Part shown: piece after piece, positions 44,516-52,304 of the stretch
Layout: each line of letters starts with the position of its first letter
Position numbering within the stretch: the first letter of the stretch is position 1
NCBI GenBank assembly: GCA_009885795.1
Contig: VFKA01000010.1
Coordinates: forward strand, 4,695-68,694
Source: Rhodospirillales bacterium
GTDB taxonomy: Bacteria > Pseudomonadota > Alphaproteobacteria > Dongiales > Dongiaceae
Length of the DNA stretch: 64,000 bases
Reading direction: 5' to 3'
Made by a program: the position numbers and the translations under genes
The notes under the pieces: generated by a model
Seen by the model: the letters and a program-made list of their open reading frames with translations, nothing else
Told to the model about the DNA's origin: nothing
Database searches by the model: none

Positions 44516-45798
44516 CAAGCGCCCGTCAGGGATCGCGCGAGGCCGCGGCGGCCCCGTTCCACGGCATCGAGCGTCGATTCGATCGCGACCGTGAACACAT
44601 TGTATCCGGGCCGGCTGTTCGACGAATGGAAAGCCCAGACGCTGAACCACGAAAAGCAGAGGAACGGCACCCACATGGTCAGCCAGGGGCTGAGATTCGT
44701 TGCTTGGCCGAGGTTATTCCCAAGCTGCAGCACGTGGTGGTAGAGTACGATGATCACGATGGCGAGCCCGAAGGCGATGGTGCGGGATGCGCGCCGGGAC
44801 GCGGTCCCGAGCGGGATGGCCAAGCATGGCAAGAACAGCAGGGAAAGTATGCGCACCACGCGTTCGTGCAGCTCGCGCTTCAATCCGTCGGTGCTCAGGC
44901 CCGGCGGCGGGTCGCTCAGCGAATTCCAAAGCTCGACCAAGGTAAATTCGTTGTAGCCGCGGCCACGTTGGCGAAACGGCGTCGGGACCAACGAGAAATC
45001 GAGCGGCAGGTTGAGGTTGTCGAAGGTGACGACCGTCGAATTGCGGCTGGCGACGTCGTTTTCGATCCGCAACCCGGACTCCAGGCTCAAGATCAGCCGT
45101 TCATTGTCCGCCGAGCGGTACACGTTGCCCTTCCTCGCCGTGGTGGTGATCGAGCCGCCGTCCGGCTTTTGCTCGTGGATGAAGATTCCGGCAAGGCTGC
45201 GGCCGCCGTCGCCGATGTCGTCCACCATGATGGTCATGTTGCCGAAGCCGCTGAAGAAGGCGCCGCGCTCGAGCGCGATGTCCCAGGCGGTGTTGGTGAC
45301 GATGTGCACCAGCGCGCGGTAGGCGTATCGCGTCAAGGGTTGCATGAAGCCGACGATGACGGTGCTGCCGATCACCAGAAGCATCGCCACCACCATCAAC
45401 GGCATCAGAAGACGCCCGTAGCCGACGCCCACCGCGTGAATGGCGTCGAACTCGTTGTCGCTGCTGAGCCGCGCGGTCGCCAACAGGATGCCGATGAAAA
45501 AGGCGGCCGGCAGCGCCAGCCCCAGATATTGCGGAACAAGGTAGGCGAGCATGCGCAGCAGCAAGTAAAAAGGCCCGCCTTCGTTGACGACGATGTCGAG
45601 AAGACGAACGGTCCGTTCCAGCATCAACGCCAGCAGGGCCACGCCGAGCGAAGCGAAGAGCGGCCACAACGTCTTGCCGATGATGTACCGGTCCAGCAGC
45701 CGCATCGGAACATGCAGGGCGAGCCGGCCGAGGGCGAGGGACATCGGCCCGCTCGCGTGTTCTTCCGCGCGCCCCGGCGGTTTGCGTGGACCGGTCAT
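44515..45798 (-). CDS. lptF: LPS export ABC transporter permease LptF (YjgP/YjgQ family)
   Basis: Contains MRLLDRYIIGKTLWPLFASLGV. The ATG at 45798 overlaps the metallophosphoesterase stop as ATGA. Alternative starts are 45744 and 45705. Confidence 0.8.
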   Translation of the reverse strand: MTGPRKPPGRAEEHASGPMSLALGRLALHVPMRLLDRYIIGKTLWPLFASLGVALLALMLERTVRLLDIVVNEGGPFYLLLRMLAYLVPQYLGLALPAAFFIGILLATARLSSDNEFDAIHAVGVGYGRLLMPLMVVAMLLVIGSTVIVGFMQPLTRYAYRALVHIVTNTAWDIALERGAFFSGFGNMTIMVDDIGDGGRSLAGIFIHEQKPDGGSITTTARKGNVYRSADNERLILSLESGLRIENDVASRNSTVVTFDNLNLPLDFSLVPTPFRQRGRGYNEFTLVELWNSLSDPPPGLSTDGLKRELHERVVRILSLLFLPCLAIPLGTASRRASRTIAFGLAIVIIVLYHHVLQLGNNLGQATNLSPWLTMWVPFLCFSWFSVWAFHSSNSRPGYNVFTVAIESTLDAVERGRRGLARSLTGA

Positions 45799-46739
45799 GC
45801 GGCCAGGCGGCGGGCGCCGGGAACGGCGAGCTCGAATCCGCCTTCGCGTTCGAAACGGTCGAGCGACGGCGCCACGCCCCTGACCTCGACCGCGAGGCGC
45901 CAGCCATTGGGCTCGCGCGCGACCCGATAGAGATGGTAGCGGGCATGGTCCTTGCCGCGATGCGGCCGCGCCGAGGCGGACGGTACGCCAATCGCCGGCG
46001 CGGTGCCGAAGGGCGTGTCGAGCTTGCCTAGCACCGACAGGTGGGTATGCCCGAATATCACCAGTTCCGCCCCGGCCCGCGCCACGACCTGGCGGAACGC
46101 TTGCGAATCGAGAAGCCGCTTGCGCCGGCTCGCGGACCCCGCCAGGGGCGGATGATGAATGAGCACGACGCGAAAAAGGTCGCGGGTGCCCAGCCGGGCG
46201 AGAGTGTCCTCCAGCGCCTGCAACTGCGCCGGTCCGACGCGCCCGGCCGCCATGTGCAAGGGCATGGGCCGAGCCGTCGATACGCCGACGAGGGCAAGGG
46301 GACCTCGCAGCCGGACGAAGGGGAATCCCTCGGGGCCTGGGACCGGGCGCTCGGCGCCGTCGAGCGTGCTACCCAAGCCGGTCATGTTGCCGCTCCAAAG
46401 CCCGACGGACCGATCCCAGGCAACCGGAACGTAGGCATCGTGGTTGCCCGGAACGACCGTCACGGTCCCGGGCTCGCCCAGCGATGCCAGCCACCTTGCC
46501 GCACGCTCGAACTCCTCGGGCAGGGATATATTGGTAATGTCGCCGGTGATGGCGATGTGGTCCGGCCGCTGGCGTGCCAGATCCTCCACCAGTGCCGGCA
46601 GAACCGGGCCTTCATGCACCGGGCGTCGGCGGACCATCCAGGAGATCAGCCCGAGACAACGCTTGTTCAAGAGATCGCCGAGGGCCGGCCAGCCCATATC
46701 GCCGAGATGCGGGTCGGAAAGATGCGCGAGAGTGAACAT
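45795..46739 (-). CDS. metallophosphoesterase (calcineurin-like)
   Basis: 314 aa with motifs LSDPHLG, ITGDITN, VPGNHD, and GHTH in FGHTHLS. Confidence 0.8.
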   Translation of the reverse strand: MFTLAHLSDPHLGDMGWPALGDLLNKRCLGLISWMVRRRPVHEGPVLPALVEDLARQRPDHIAITGDITNISLPEEFERAARWLASLGEPGTVTVVPGNHDAYVPVAWDRSVGLWSGNMTGLGSTLDGAERPVPGPEGFPFVRLRGPLALVGVSTARPMPLHMAAGRVGPAQLQALEDTLARLGTRDLFRVVLIHHPPLAGSASRRKRLLDSQAFRQVVARAGAELVIFGHTHLSVLGKLDTPFGTAPAIGVPSASARPHRGKDHARYHLYRVAREPNGWRLAVEVRGVAPSLDRFEREGGFELAVPGARRLAA

Positions 46740-46784
46740 TTCGCTTTATACAATGCCCGAGGCGATATATGCGGTCGTTCTTGT

Positions 46785-46855
46785 CTTGGACATGGCCGAA
46801 GGTCAAGGTTTCTTTGATTCTACCGGCTTCTAGAGGGTTACTTGGACATGGCCGA
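46785..46855 (+). promoter_or_regulatory. perfect 15-bp direct repeat duplicating the start-codon context; the upstream copy opens a 13-codon uORF
   Basis: cttggacATGgccga at 46785..46799 and 46841..46855. The first ATG (46792) gives MAEGQGFFDSTGF-TAG (46792..46833). The second ATG (46848) starts the CDP-alcohol transferase gene. Confidence 0.6.
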
Positions 46856-48026
46856 CGCACGCGACAAGGACGGCGGGCCAAGCGCCTGGATCGTGGGAAA
46901 GTGCGACGTCGCCCTTTGGGGACTGGACGCAACCTTACGCTGGCGGCGCTGTCTTGGCCGCGCGGGTGTCACTGCCTGCCAAGTGGAACCGGCGCCGATC
47001 GAGGCCGCCGGTCGGGTTCTGCTCGTGCGCGCCGATGCCGTGGCGCAAGAGAGCCTGGTCCAGGCCCTGGTCGCGTCCCCCGATACCGTCCTCGCGCTTT
47101 CCGGGGCAGCGGATTCAAGCTGCGTGCCGCTGGCGGCTCATGTGCCGGCCGATCTCGCGGGCTTCGTCGCCGGCGCGATGCGGCGCGGTCGGTGCGAGAC
47201 CGCCGAACTCGCCGGGCGCGGCCTCGCGGTAAAAGATCCCGATGAGCTCGGATCGTCCTATCACCATGCGCTGCGAAAGCGCGCCGCGCCGTTCGCGATG
47301 CTGGTGACGGCGGCTTCGGCGCCGGACATCGAACGGCGCATGTTCGCCGCCTCGTATAAGGGTGTCACCGATCTGGTCACGAAATGGCTGTGGCCGGTTC
47401 CGGCGCGCTGGGTGACGGGTTGGGCGGCGCGGCGCGGCATTTCCGCCAACGCGGTCACCTGGCTGAGCCTCGTCTTCGTCGTCTTGGCCTGGTGGTTGTT
47501 CGCCGCCGGCGAATTCGTTCTCGGCCTCGCCGCGGCTTGGGCGATGACGTTTCTCGACACCGTCGACGGCAAGCTGGCGCGCGTCACCCTGACTTCCAGC
47601 AAGTTCGGCGACGTCTTCGACCATGGCATCGATCTGTTGCATCCGCCGTTCTGGTACGTGGCCTGGTGGCAGGGGCTTGCCGACGGAAGCCCGGCGCTGG
47701 CGGCGGCGATGTGGATTGTCGTTGCCGGCTACATCCTCGGCCGGGTCATCGAAGGTTGGTTCATCTGGCGGTTCAAGTTCGAGAGTCACGCCTGGCGGCC
47801 GATCGATTCGCGATTCAGGCTGATCACGGCGCGGCGCAACCCGAACCTGATCCTGTTGACGGTCGCCGCGATCCTCGGCCAACCGGCATTCGGCTTGGTC
47901 GCGGTTGCGGTGTGGACGGTTCTGTCGCTGATATTTCACCTCGTCCGGTCGGGGCAGGCCGAGGCGGCGAACCGGCGCGGCTCGCCGCCGCGTTCGTGGC
48001 TTACGGAAGCAGCGCCGCCGGCATGA
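46848..48026 (+). CDS. CDP-alcohol phosphatidyltransferase family protein with soluble N-terminal domain of about 170 aa
   Basis: Family motif DTVDGKLARVTLTSSKFGDVFDHGID, i.e. D-x2-DG-x2-AR-x8-G-x3-D-x3-D, in a polytopic C-terminal half. No family recognised for the N-terminal domain. Confidence 0.8.
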   Translation: MADARDKDGGPSAWIVGKCDVALWGLDATLRWRRCLGRAGVTACQVEPAPIEAAGRVLLVRADAVAQESLVQALVASPDTVLALSGAADSSCVPLAAHVPADLAGFVAGAMRRGRCETAELAGRGLAVKDPDELGSSYHHALRKRAAPFAMLVTAASAPDIERRMFAASYKGVTDLVTKWLWPVPARWVTGWAARRGISANAVTWLSLVFVVLAWWLFAAGEFVLGLAAAWAMTFLDTVDGKLARVTLTSSKFGDVFDHGIDLLHPPFWYVAWWQGLADGSPALAAAMWIVVAGYILGRVIEGWFIWRFKFESHAWRPIDSRFRLITARRNPNLILLTVAAILGQPAFGLVAVAVWTVLSLIFHLVRSGQAEAANRRGSPPRSWLTEAAPPA

Positions 48027-48988
48027 TGCGCGTCGGTGTCATCTCGAATCCGCGCAGCCGGCGCAACCGCGATGGCATGGACAAGATCCGCGCCGTGCTT
48101 GCCCGCCATGGCGACATCGCGCATGCGGAATTGAGCCGCATGGCCGAGTTGCCGGCGGCGGTTCGCCGGTTCGCCGATTCGGGCGTGTCGCTGGTGGTCG
48201 TGAACGGCGGCGATGGAACCGTGCATGCCGTCCTCAGCGAAATCTTGAACGGCGTGCTTCTCGCCGATCCGCCCCGGCTCGCGGCCTTGCCATCGGGCAT
48301 GACCAATCTGATCGCCGTCGATGTCGGCCTCGCCGGGCGGCCGGACCTGTCGCTTGCGAACCTTTTGTCGCGGGTCCGCGACGGCGGCGAACTGACGGTC
48401 CGGCGCCGGCCGGTCTTGTCGTTGACGCCGGCGCCGGGCGCGCGGGCCAGTCATGGCATGTTCTTCGGCACCGGCGCCTTCTATCGCGCCGTCATGGCCA
48501 GCCGCCGGCGCATCCATCCGACCGGTGTCCGGCACGATCTCGCCACCGCCCTCTCCGTCGGATTGTTCATCGCCGGAATGTTGCTGCGTCGTTCGTCGCC
48601 CGGTTCGCCTTATCGCGGCGACGGCATGACGATCCGCCGGGATGGTGGGGTCGCCCGAACCGGCACTCATCTCGGAATGGTCGCGACGACCTTGGAGCGG
48701 CTTTCCATGGGCCTCGACCCGTTCTGGGACGGGACCGAGGGCCCGATGCGCTACACCCTGCTGCCGTTTCCGCCCCATCGCTTCGGCTCGGCCATGGTGC
48801 CGATTCTTCTCGGGCGGCCGCTCCCGTGGATGGCGGGGAAGGGCTATGAGAGCGGGCGGGCGGCCGAGCTCGCCTTTACGATCGACTGCCCGCTGGTGCT
48901 GGATGGCGAGGTGTACGCGGCGCCGACGGGCGCGCCGGCGGTGCTTCGCGCCGACCGCGAGGTCGAGTTCGTGACCATTGATGGATGA
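48023..48988 (+). CDS. lipid kinase, DAGK-catalytic/LCB5 family (candidate ceramide kinase)
   Basis: Start MMRVGVISNPRSRRN (ATGA overlap with the upstream stop). Has the VVVNGGDGTVHAV motif. Confidence 0.7.
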   Translation: MMRVGVISNPRSRRNRDGMDKIRAVLARHGDIAHAELSRMAELPAAVRRFADSGVSLVVVNGGDGTVHAVLSEILNGVLLADPPRLAALPSGMTNLIAVDVGLAGRPDLSLANLLSRVRDGGELTVRRRPVLSLTPAPGARASHGMFFGTGAFYRAVMASRRRIHPTGVRHDLATALSVGLFIAGMLLRRSSPGSPYRGDGMTIRRDGGVARTGTHLGMVATTLERLSMGLDPFWDGTEGPMRYTLLPFPPHRFGSAMVPILLGRPLPWMAGKGYESGRAAELAFTIDCPLVLDGEVYAAPTGAPAVLRADREVEFVTIDG

Positions 48989-49907
48989 GATATCGGTGAC
49001 CGACGCCCGGCAAGACATAGACCGCCTGATCGCCGCGGAGATCGGCTTGTCCGTCGCGGCATCGGTGCGCGCGGCGGCCGACGACATTCGCGCCCGGTTG
49101 GGCGGACACGCGCGAGCGATCCTTTTTTATGGATCGTGCTTGCGCCGGGGCGGCGATCCGGCGGAGGACGATGATTCGGTTCTCGATTTCTATGTGCTGG
49201 TCGAGGGCTATGCCGACCTCTATGACAACCGCCTCCTGGCGCTCGCCAACCTGCTCCTGCCGCCCAACGTCTTCTACGCGGAGGTGCCATGGCAGGGGCG
49301 GAGCCTGCGCGTCAAATACGCCATCGTTTCCGAAGCCTCGTTCCGGCGCGGCTGCACGAGCCGTAGCTTGCATTCGTTGCTGTGGGGCAGGTTCGCGCAA
49401 CCCGTGCGCCTGGTGTACGCGCAAGACGAGCCGGCGCGGCGCAATGTCACCGATGCGCTCGGCGACGCGGTCGTGACGCTTCTAGCGGCCGCGCTGCCTC
49501 TGGTGCCGGCGGATGGTTCGGCCTTGGAACCATGGACTCGCGCGCTCGAGGAAAGTTATCGCACGGAGTTGCGGACGGAACGCGCCGGCCGGGCCGGGGA
49601 CATCGTCGCCGCGGATGGCGCGCGCTACGCGGCCTTGACGCCGCTGGCGATGACGCTCGCGCGTCCCGTGTCGCCGGCGCGCGCCCGCGCGCTCTGGGCC
49701 TTGCGGCGCGCGATCGGCAAGCCGATGAGCGTGGCGCGGCTGGCGAAGGGCGTCTTCACCTTCACCGGGGGCCAGAGCTACATTCTGTGGAAGCTTCATC
49801 GCCATTCGGGCGTGACGCTGGCGCCCACACCCTGGCAGCAGCGCCACCCGCTGCTGTCGGCGCCGGTCTTGGCCTGGCGCCTCTATCGCCGCGGCGCCTT
49901 TCGCTGA
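48981..49907 (+). CDS. Tam41/Mmp37-like nucleotidyltransferase (mitochondrial-type phosphatidate cytidylyltransferase family)
   Basis: About 308 aa. ILFYGSCLRRG...LDFYVLVEGY, NVFYAEVPWQGRSLRVKYAIVSEASF, LLWGRFAQPV and ESYRTELR align block by block with yeast Tam41 as I recall it (FGYGSGVF, GVYFNPF..VKYGVVS, YLAGRLQKPV, LSYAGDIR). Overlaps the kinase stop by 8 nt. Confidence 0.6.
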   Translation: MDEISVTDARQDIDRLIAAEIGLSVAASVRAAADDIRARLGGHARAILFYGSCLRRGGDPAEDDDSVLDFYVLVEGYADLYDNRLLALANLLLPPNVFYAEVPWQGRSLRVKYAIVSEASFRRGCTSRSLHSLLWGRFAQPVRLVYAQDEPARRNVTDALGDAVVTLLAAALPLVPADGSALEPWTRALEESYRTELRTERAGRAGDIVAADGARYAALTPLAMTLARPVSPARARALWALRRAIGKPMSVARLAKGVFTFTGGQSYILWKLHRHSGVTLAPTPWQQRHPLLSAPVLAWRLYRRGAFR

Positions 49908-49979
49908 CCCTTCTCCAGATCCGTGGCGGTCATTCTAGGTGTCATTGACACATATGCCGTTGACGCATATATTGCGGCC

Positions 49980-50318
49980 ATGTCGATCGTGACCGTTGTC
50001 GAAACGCTGGAATTTCAGCGCCGGGCCGACGAACTCATGAGCGATGAAGAACGCCAGGAAATCATCGACTTCATCGCCCGCAACCCTGGTGCCGGCGTTT
50101 CCATCGAAAGCGGCGTGCGCAAGGTGCGTTTTGCCCGGAAAGGCGGCGGAAAGAGTGGCGGCTACCGGGTCGTCCATTTCCATGGCGACGACGCGAGGCC
50201 AATCTTCCTGCTGACGGTGTTCGCGAAGAACGATAAATCGGCCCTGACCCGATCGGAGACGGACGCGATCAGAAAGCTAGGCAAGGTGCTGTCGGATACC
50301 TACGGGAGACCAAGATGA
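49980..50318 (+). CDS. RelE/ParE-superfamily toxin (Gp49/HigB-like)
   Basis: Start MSIVTVVETLEF within ORF 49923..50318. Contains ...GGYRVVHFHGDDARPIFLLTVFAKNDKSALT. ATGA overlap with the antitoxin. Confidence 0.75.
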   Translation: MSIVTVVETLEFQRRADELMSDEERQEIIDFIARNPGAGVSIESGVRKVRFARKGGGKSGGYRVVHFHGDDARPIFLLTVFAKNDKSALTRSETDAIRKLGKVLSDTYGRPR

Positions 50319-50608
50319 GCAAGGCATTCAAGAGCATCGAGAGAGGCCTCAAGGAGGCCATCGCCCATGCCAAGGGCACGCGGCTCGGCATCATCCACGA
50401 GATCGATGTACCCAAGCCGGACGTGTCGGCGATCCGGGCGAAGACCGGATTATCGCAGGCGGTCTTTGCCAAGAGCATCGGCGTCAAGAAGGGCACGGTC
50501 TTGAACTGGGAGCATCGGCGCCGATCCCCGGACGGCCCGGCCCGCGTCCTGCTCGCCCTGATCGACAAGGATCCGAGCATCGTCCAGCGCACCCTCGCCC
50601 GGCGCTAA
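50315..50608 (+). CDS. XRE-HTH antitoxin (HigA/NadS-like)
   Basis: 97 aa with GLSQAVFAKSIGVKKGTVLNWEHRRRSPDGPARVLLALI. Confidence 0.75.
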   Translation: MSKAFKSIERGLKEAIAHAKGTRLGIIHEIDVPKPDVSAIRAKTGLSQAVFAKSIGVKKGTVLNWEHRRRSPDGPARVLLALIDKDPSIVQRTLARR

Positions 50609-50638
50609 CCGGCGCGGGCGCCTTTCGCCGACCTTCGG

Positions 50639-51856
50639 TCAGGCGACCGCAGCTTCGGAGGGCGCTTCGAGCAGGCCGGTCGCATAAGCGACGCCGGTGA
50701 GCGCCCGGATGATGGTCTCCAGTTGTTCGCGGTCATGCGCGGCGCAGACGCTGCAACGCAGCAGCGCCGTGCCACTGGGTGTCGCGGGCGGCAGCGCCAG
50801 GTTCATGTAGACGCCGGCATCGAGCAGCGCCTTCCACACCGCCACCCCCATCTCGGCGCTCGGCAGATGCACGGCGACGACCGGGCCCTTCCGCGGTCCG
50901 AGATCGAAGCCTTGCCGCTGCAACCCGTCATAGAGAATGCCGACGTTCGACCACAGCCGCGCGCGCAACTCCGGGTGCGCGACCATGACCTTAAGCGCGG
51001 CCCGAACCGAGGCGACGATGGAAGGCGGCAGCGATGCCGTGAACATGTAAGGGCGGCTCACAACTCGCATGATGTCGAAGTCGGGATGATCGGACACGCA
51101 ATAGCCGCCGATGGCCCCAAGGCTCTTGCTGAAGGTACCGGTGATAAAATCGACGTCGGCTTCGAGGCCCTCGGCCTCCGCGAGGCCGCGCCCGGTGCGC
51201 CCGAGCACGCCCATCGAATGCGCTTCGTCGACCAGGAGATAGGCGCCGTGACGGCGTTTCACCTCGACGAATTCGGCCAGCGGCGCCTGATCGCCCAGCA
51301 TGCTGTAGATGCCTTCGGTGACGATGATCTTGTTGCCGGGCTTGCCGGCCAGCCGCGCCAGGCGCTTGTCGAGATCGGCGGCGTCGTTGTGCCGGAAACG
51401 AATCACGGTGGCCTGCCCCAGGCGCGACGCGTCGTAGATGCTGGCGTGGCAATCCGCGTCCAGCATCAGAAAATCGTCCGGTCCGGCGATCGCCGATATG
51501 ACGCCTAGATTGGCCTGATAGCCGGTCGTGAACACCATGCAGTGCTTGCGGCCGTAAAACGCCGCCAGTTCGTCTTCGAGCAATTGGTGCCCGTCGTAAC
51601 TGCCGTTGGCGATGCGCGAGCCGGTGGTCCCGGTGCCGAACGATTCCGCCGCTTCCGCGGCCGCGTCCACGCAGGCGGCGTCGAAGGTCAGGCCGAGATA
51701 GTTGTTGGTGCCGGCGAGGATGGTGTAGCAGCCATTGACGATGGCCTCGGTCGGCGACAGCACCTGATCCATCTTGACCGCGAATGGCTCGGCGCCGCTC
51801 GCGCGAAACCGCGCGCAGACATCCTTCTGTACCTCGTAGCGATCGAACAGGCCCAT
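50639..51856 (-). CDS. spt: serine palmitoyltransferase (alpha-oxoamine synthase family)
   Basis: Start MGLFDRYEV (or GTG at 51865) within ORF 50639..52171. PLP-lysine motif GTFSKSLGAIGG, plus LGTNNYLGL-type, DEAHSMG and PPATP...LLRCS motifs. It resembles Sphingomonas SPT end to end from memory and has a dedicated ACP immediately upstream. Confidence 0.8.
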   Translation of the reverse strand: MGLFDRYEVQKDVCARFRASGAEPFAVKMDQVLSPTEAIVNGCYTILAGTNNYLGLTFDAACVDAAAEAAESFGTGTTGSRIANGSYDGHQLLEDELAAFYGRKHCMVFTTGYQANLGVISAIAGPDDFLMLDADCHASIYDASRLGQATVIRFRHNDAADLDKRLARLAGKPGNKIIVTEGIYSMLGDQAPLAEFVEVKRRHGAYLLVDEAHSMGVLGRTGRGLAEAEGLEADVDFITGTFSKSLGAIGGYCVSDHPDFDIMRVVSRPYMFTASLPPSIVASVRAALKVMVAHPELRARLWSNVGILYDGLQRQGFDLGPRKGPVVAVHLPSAEMGVAVWKALLDAGVYMNLALPPATPSGTALLRCSVCAAHDREQLETIIRALTGVAYATGLLEAPSEAAVA

Positions 51857-51861
51857 ATGCG

Positions 51862-52122
51862 TCACGCCCCCCCTTTGATCCGCGCCACCGTGGCCGCCAA
51901 ATCGGCAACCGAGTGGATCTCCGGCACCAGATTGAGCGGGATCGAAATATCGAACCGCTCCTCCAGCTTCATCATCAAATCCATCACCGCCAGGGAATCC
52001 AGATTGAGATCCCTGGCGATATCCGTCTCTCCGGTAATGGATCCGCCCGCCTGGCGGAACGGCTCGAGAAGTTCGATGACTTGGCCGATAAGCGCTTGTG
52101 CTTCTTCCCGCTGGCCACTCAT
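51862..52122 (-). CDS. acyl carrier protein (sphingolipid-dedicated type)
   Basis: Start MSGQREEAQ within ORF 51862..52212. Phosphopantetheine site DLNLDSLAVMDL. Confidence 0.8.
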   Translation of the reverse strand: MSGQREEAQALIGQVIELLEPFRQAGGSITGETDIARDLNLDSLAVMDLMMKLEERFDISIPLNLVPEIHSVADLAATVARIKGGA

Positions 52123-52241
52123 CCCCATCTCCGCCGCAACGCCACCACGCGGCTGAACCCGCGTTTCCCACCGAATCATAGCCCGGCGCCCGGCCCCCAC
52201 TACCAAGCGCACTTATCCGGAATCGCAGGGCAAAGCTGAAA

Positions 52242-52266
52242 TAACAAATTGTTACAGATTGTTACA
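52242..52266 (-). promoter_or_regulatory. AT-rich palindrome/tandem repeat between cerR-like gene and acp
   Basis: TAACAA-A-TTGTTA perfect palindrome (52242..52254) overlapping tandem ATTGTTACA x2 (52248..52256, 52258..52266). It is a local AT island in a GC-rich genome. Confidence 0.4.
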
Positions 52267-52304
52267 AATAGGTTCTAACCCAGCCGGCCGGCGCCTTCCC
52301 GGCC

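Noticed and set aside
43433-45798. Claim that this LptFG pair is a second, sphingolipid-dedicated paralogue
   Set aside because: This cannot be decided from a 64-kb window. The pair may be the only housekeeping lptFG of the genome. It is reported only as a question under the operon finding.
51862-52212. Long form (116 aa) of the ACP ORF
   Set aside because: The first 30 codons (MRLVVGAGRRAMIRWETRVQPRGG...) are Arg-rich and overlap the AT-rich regulatory gap. ACP homology starts at MSGQREEAQ, so the short form was called.
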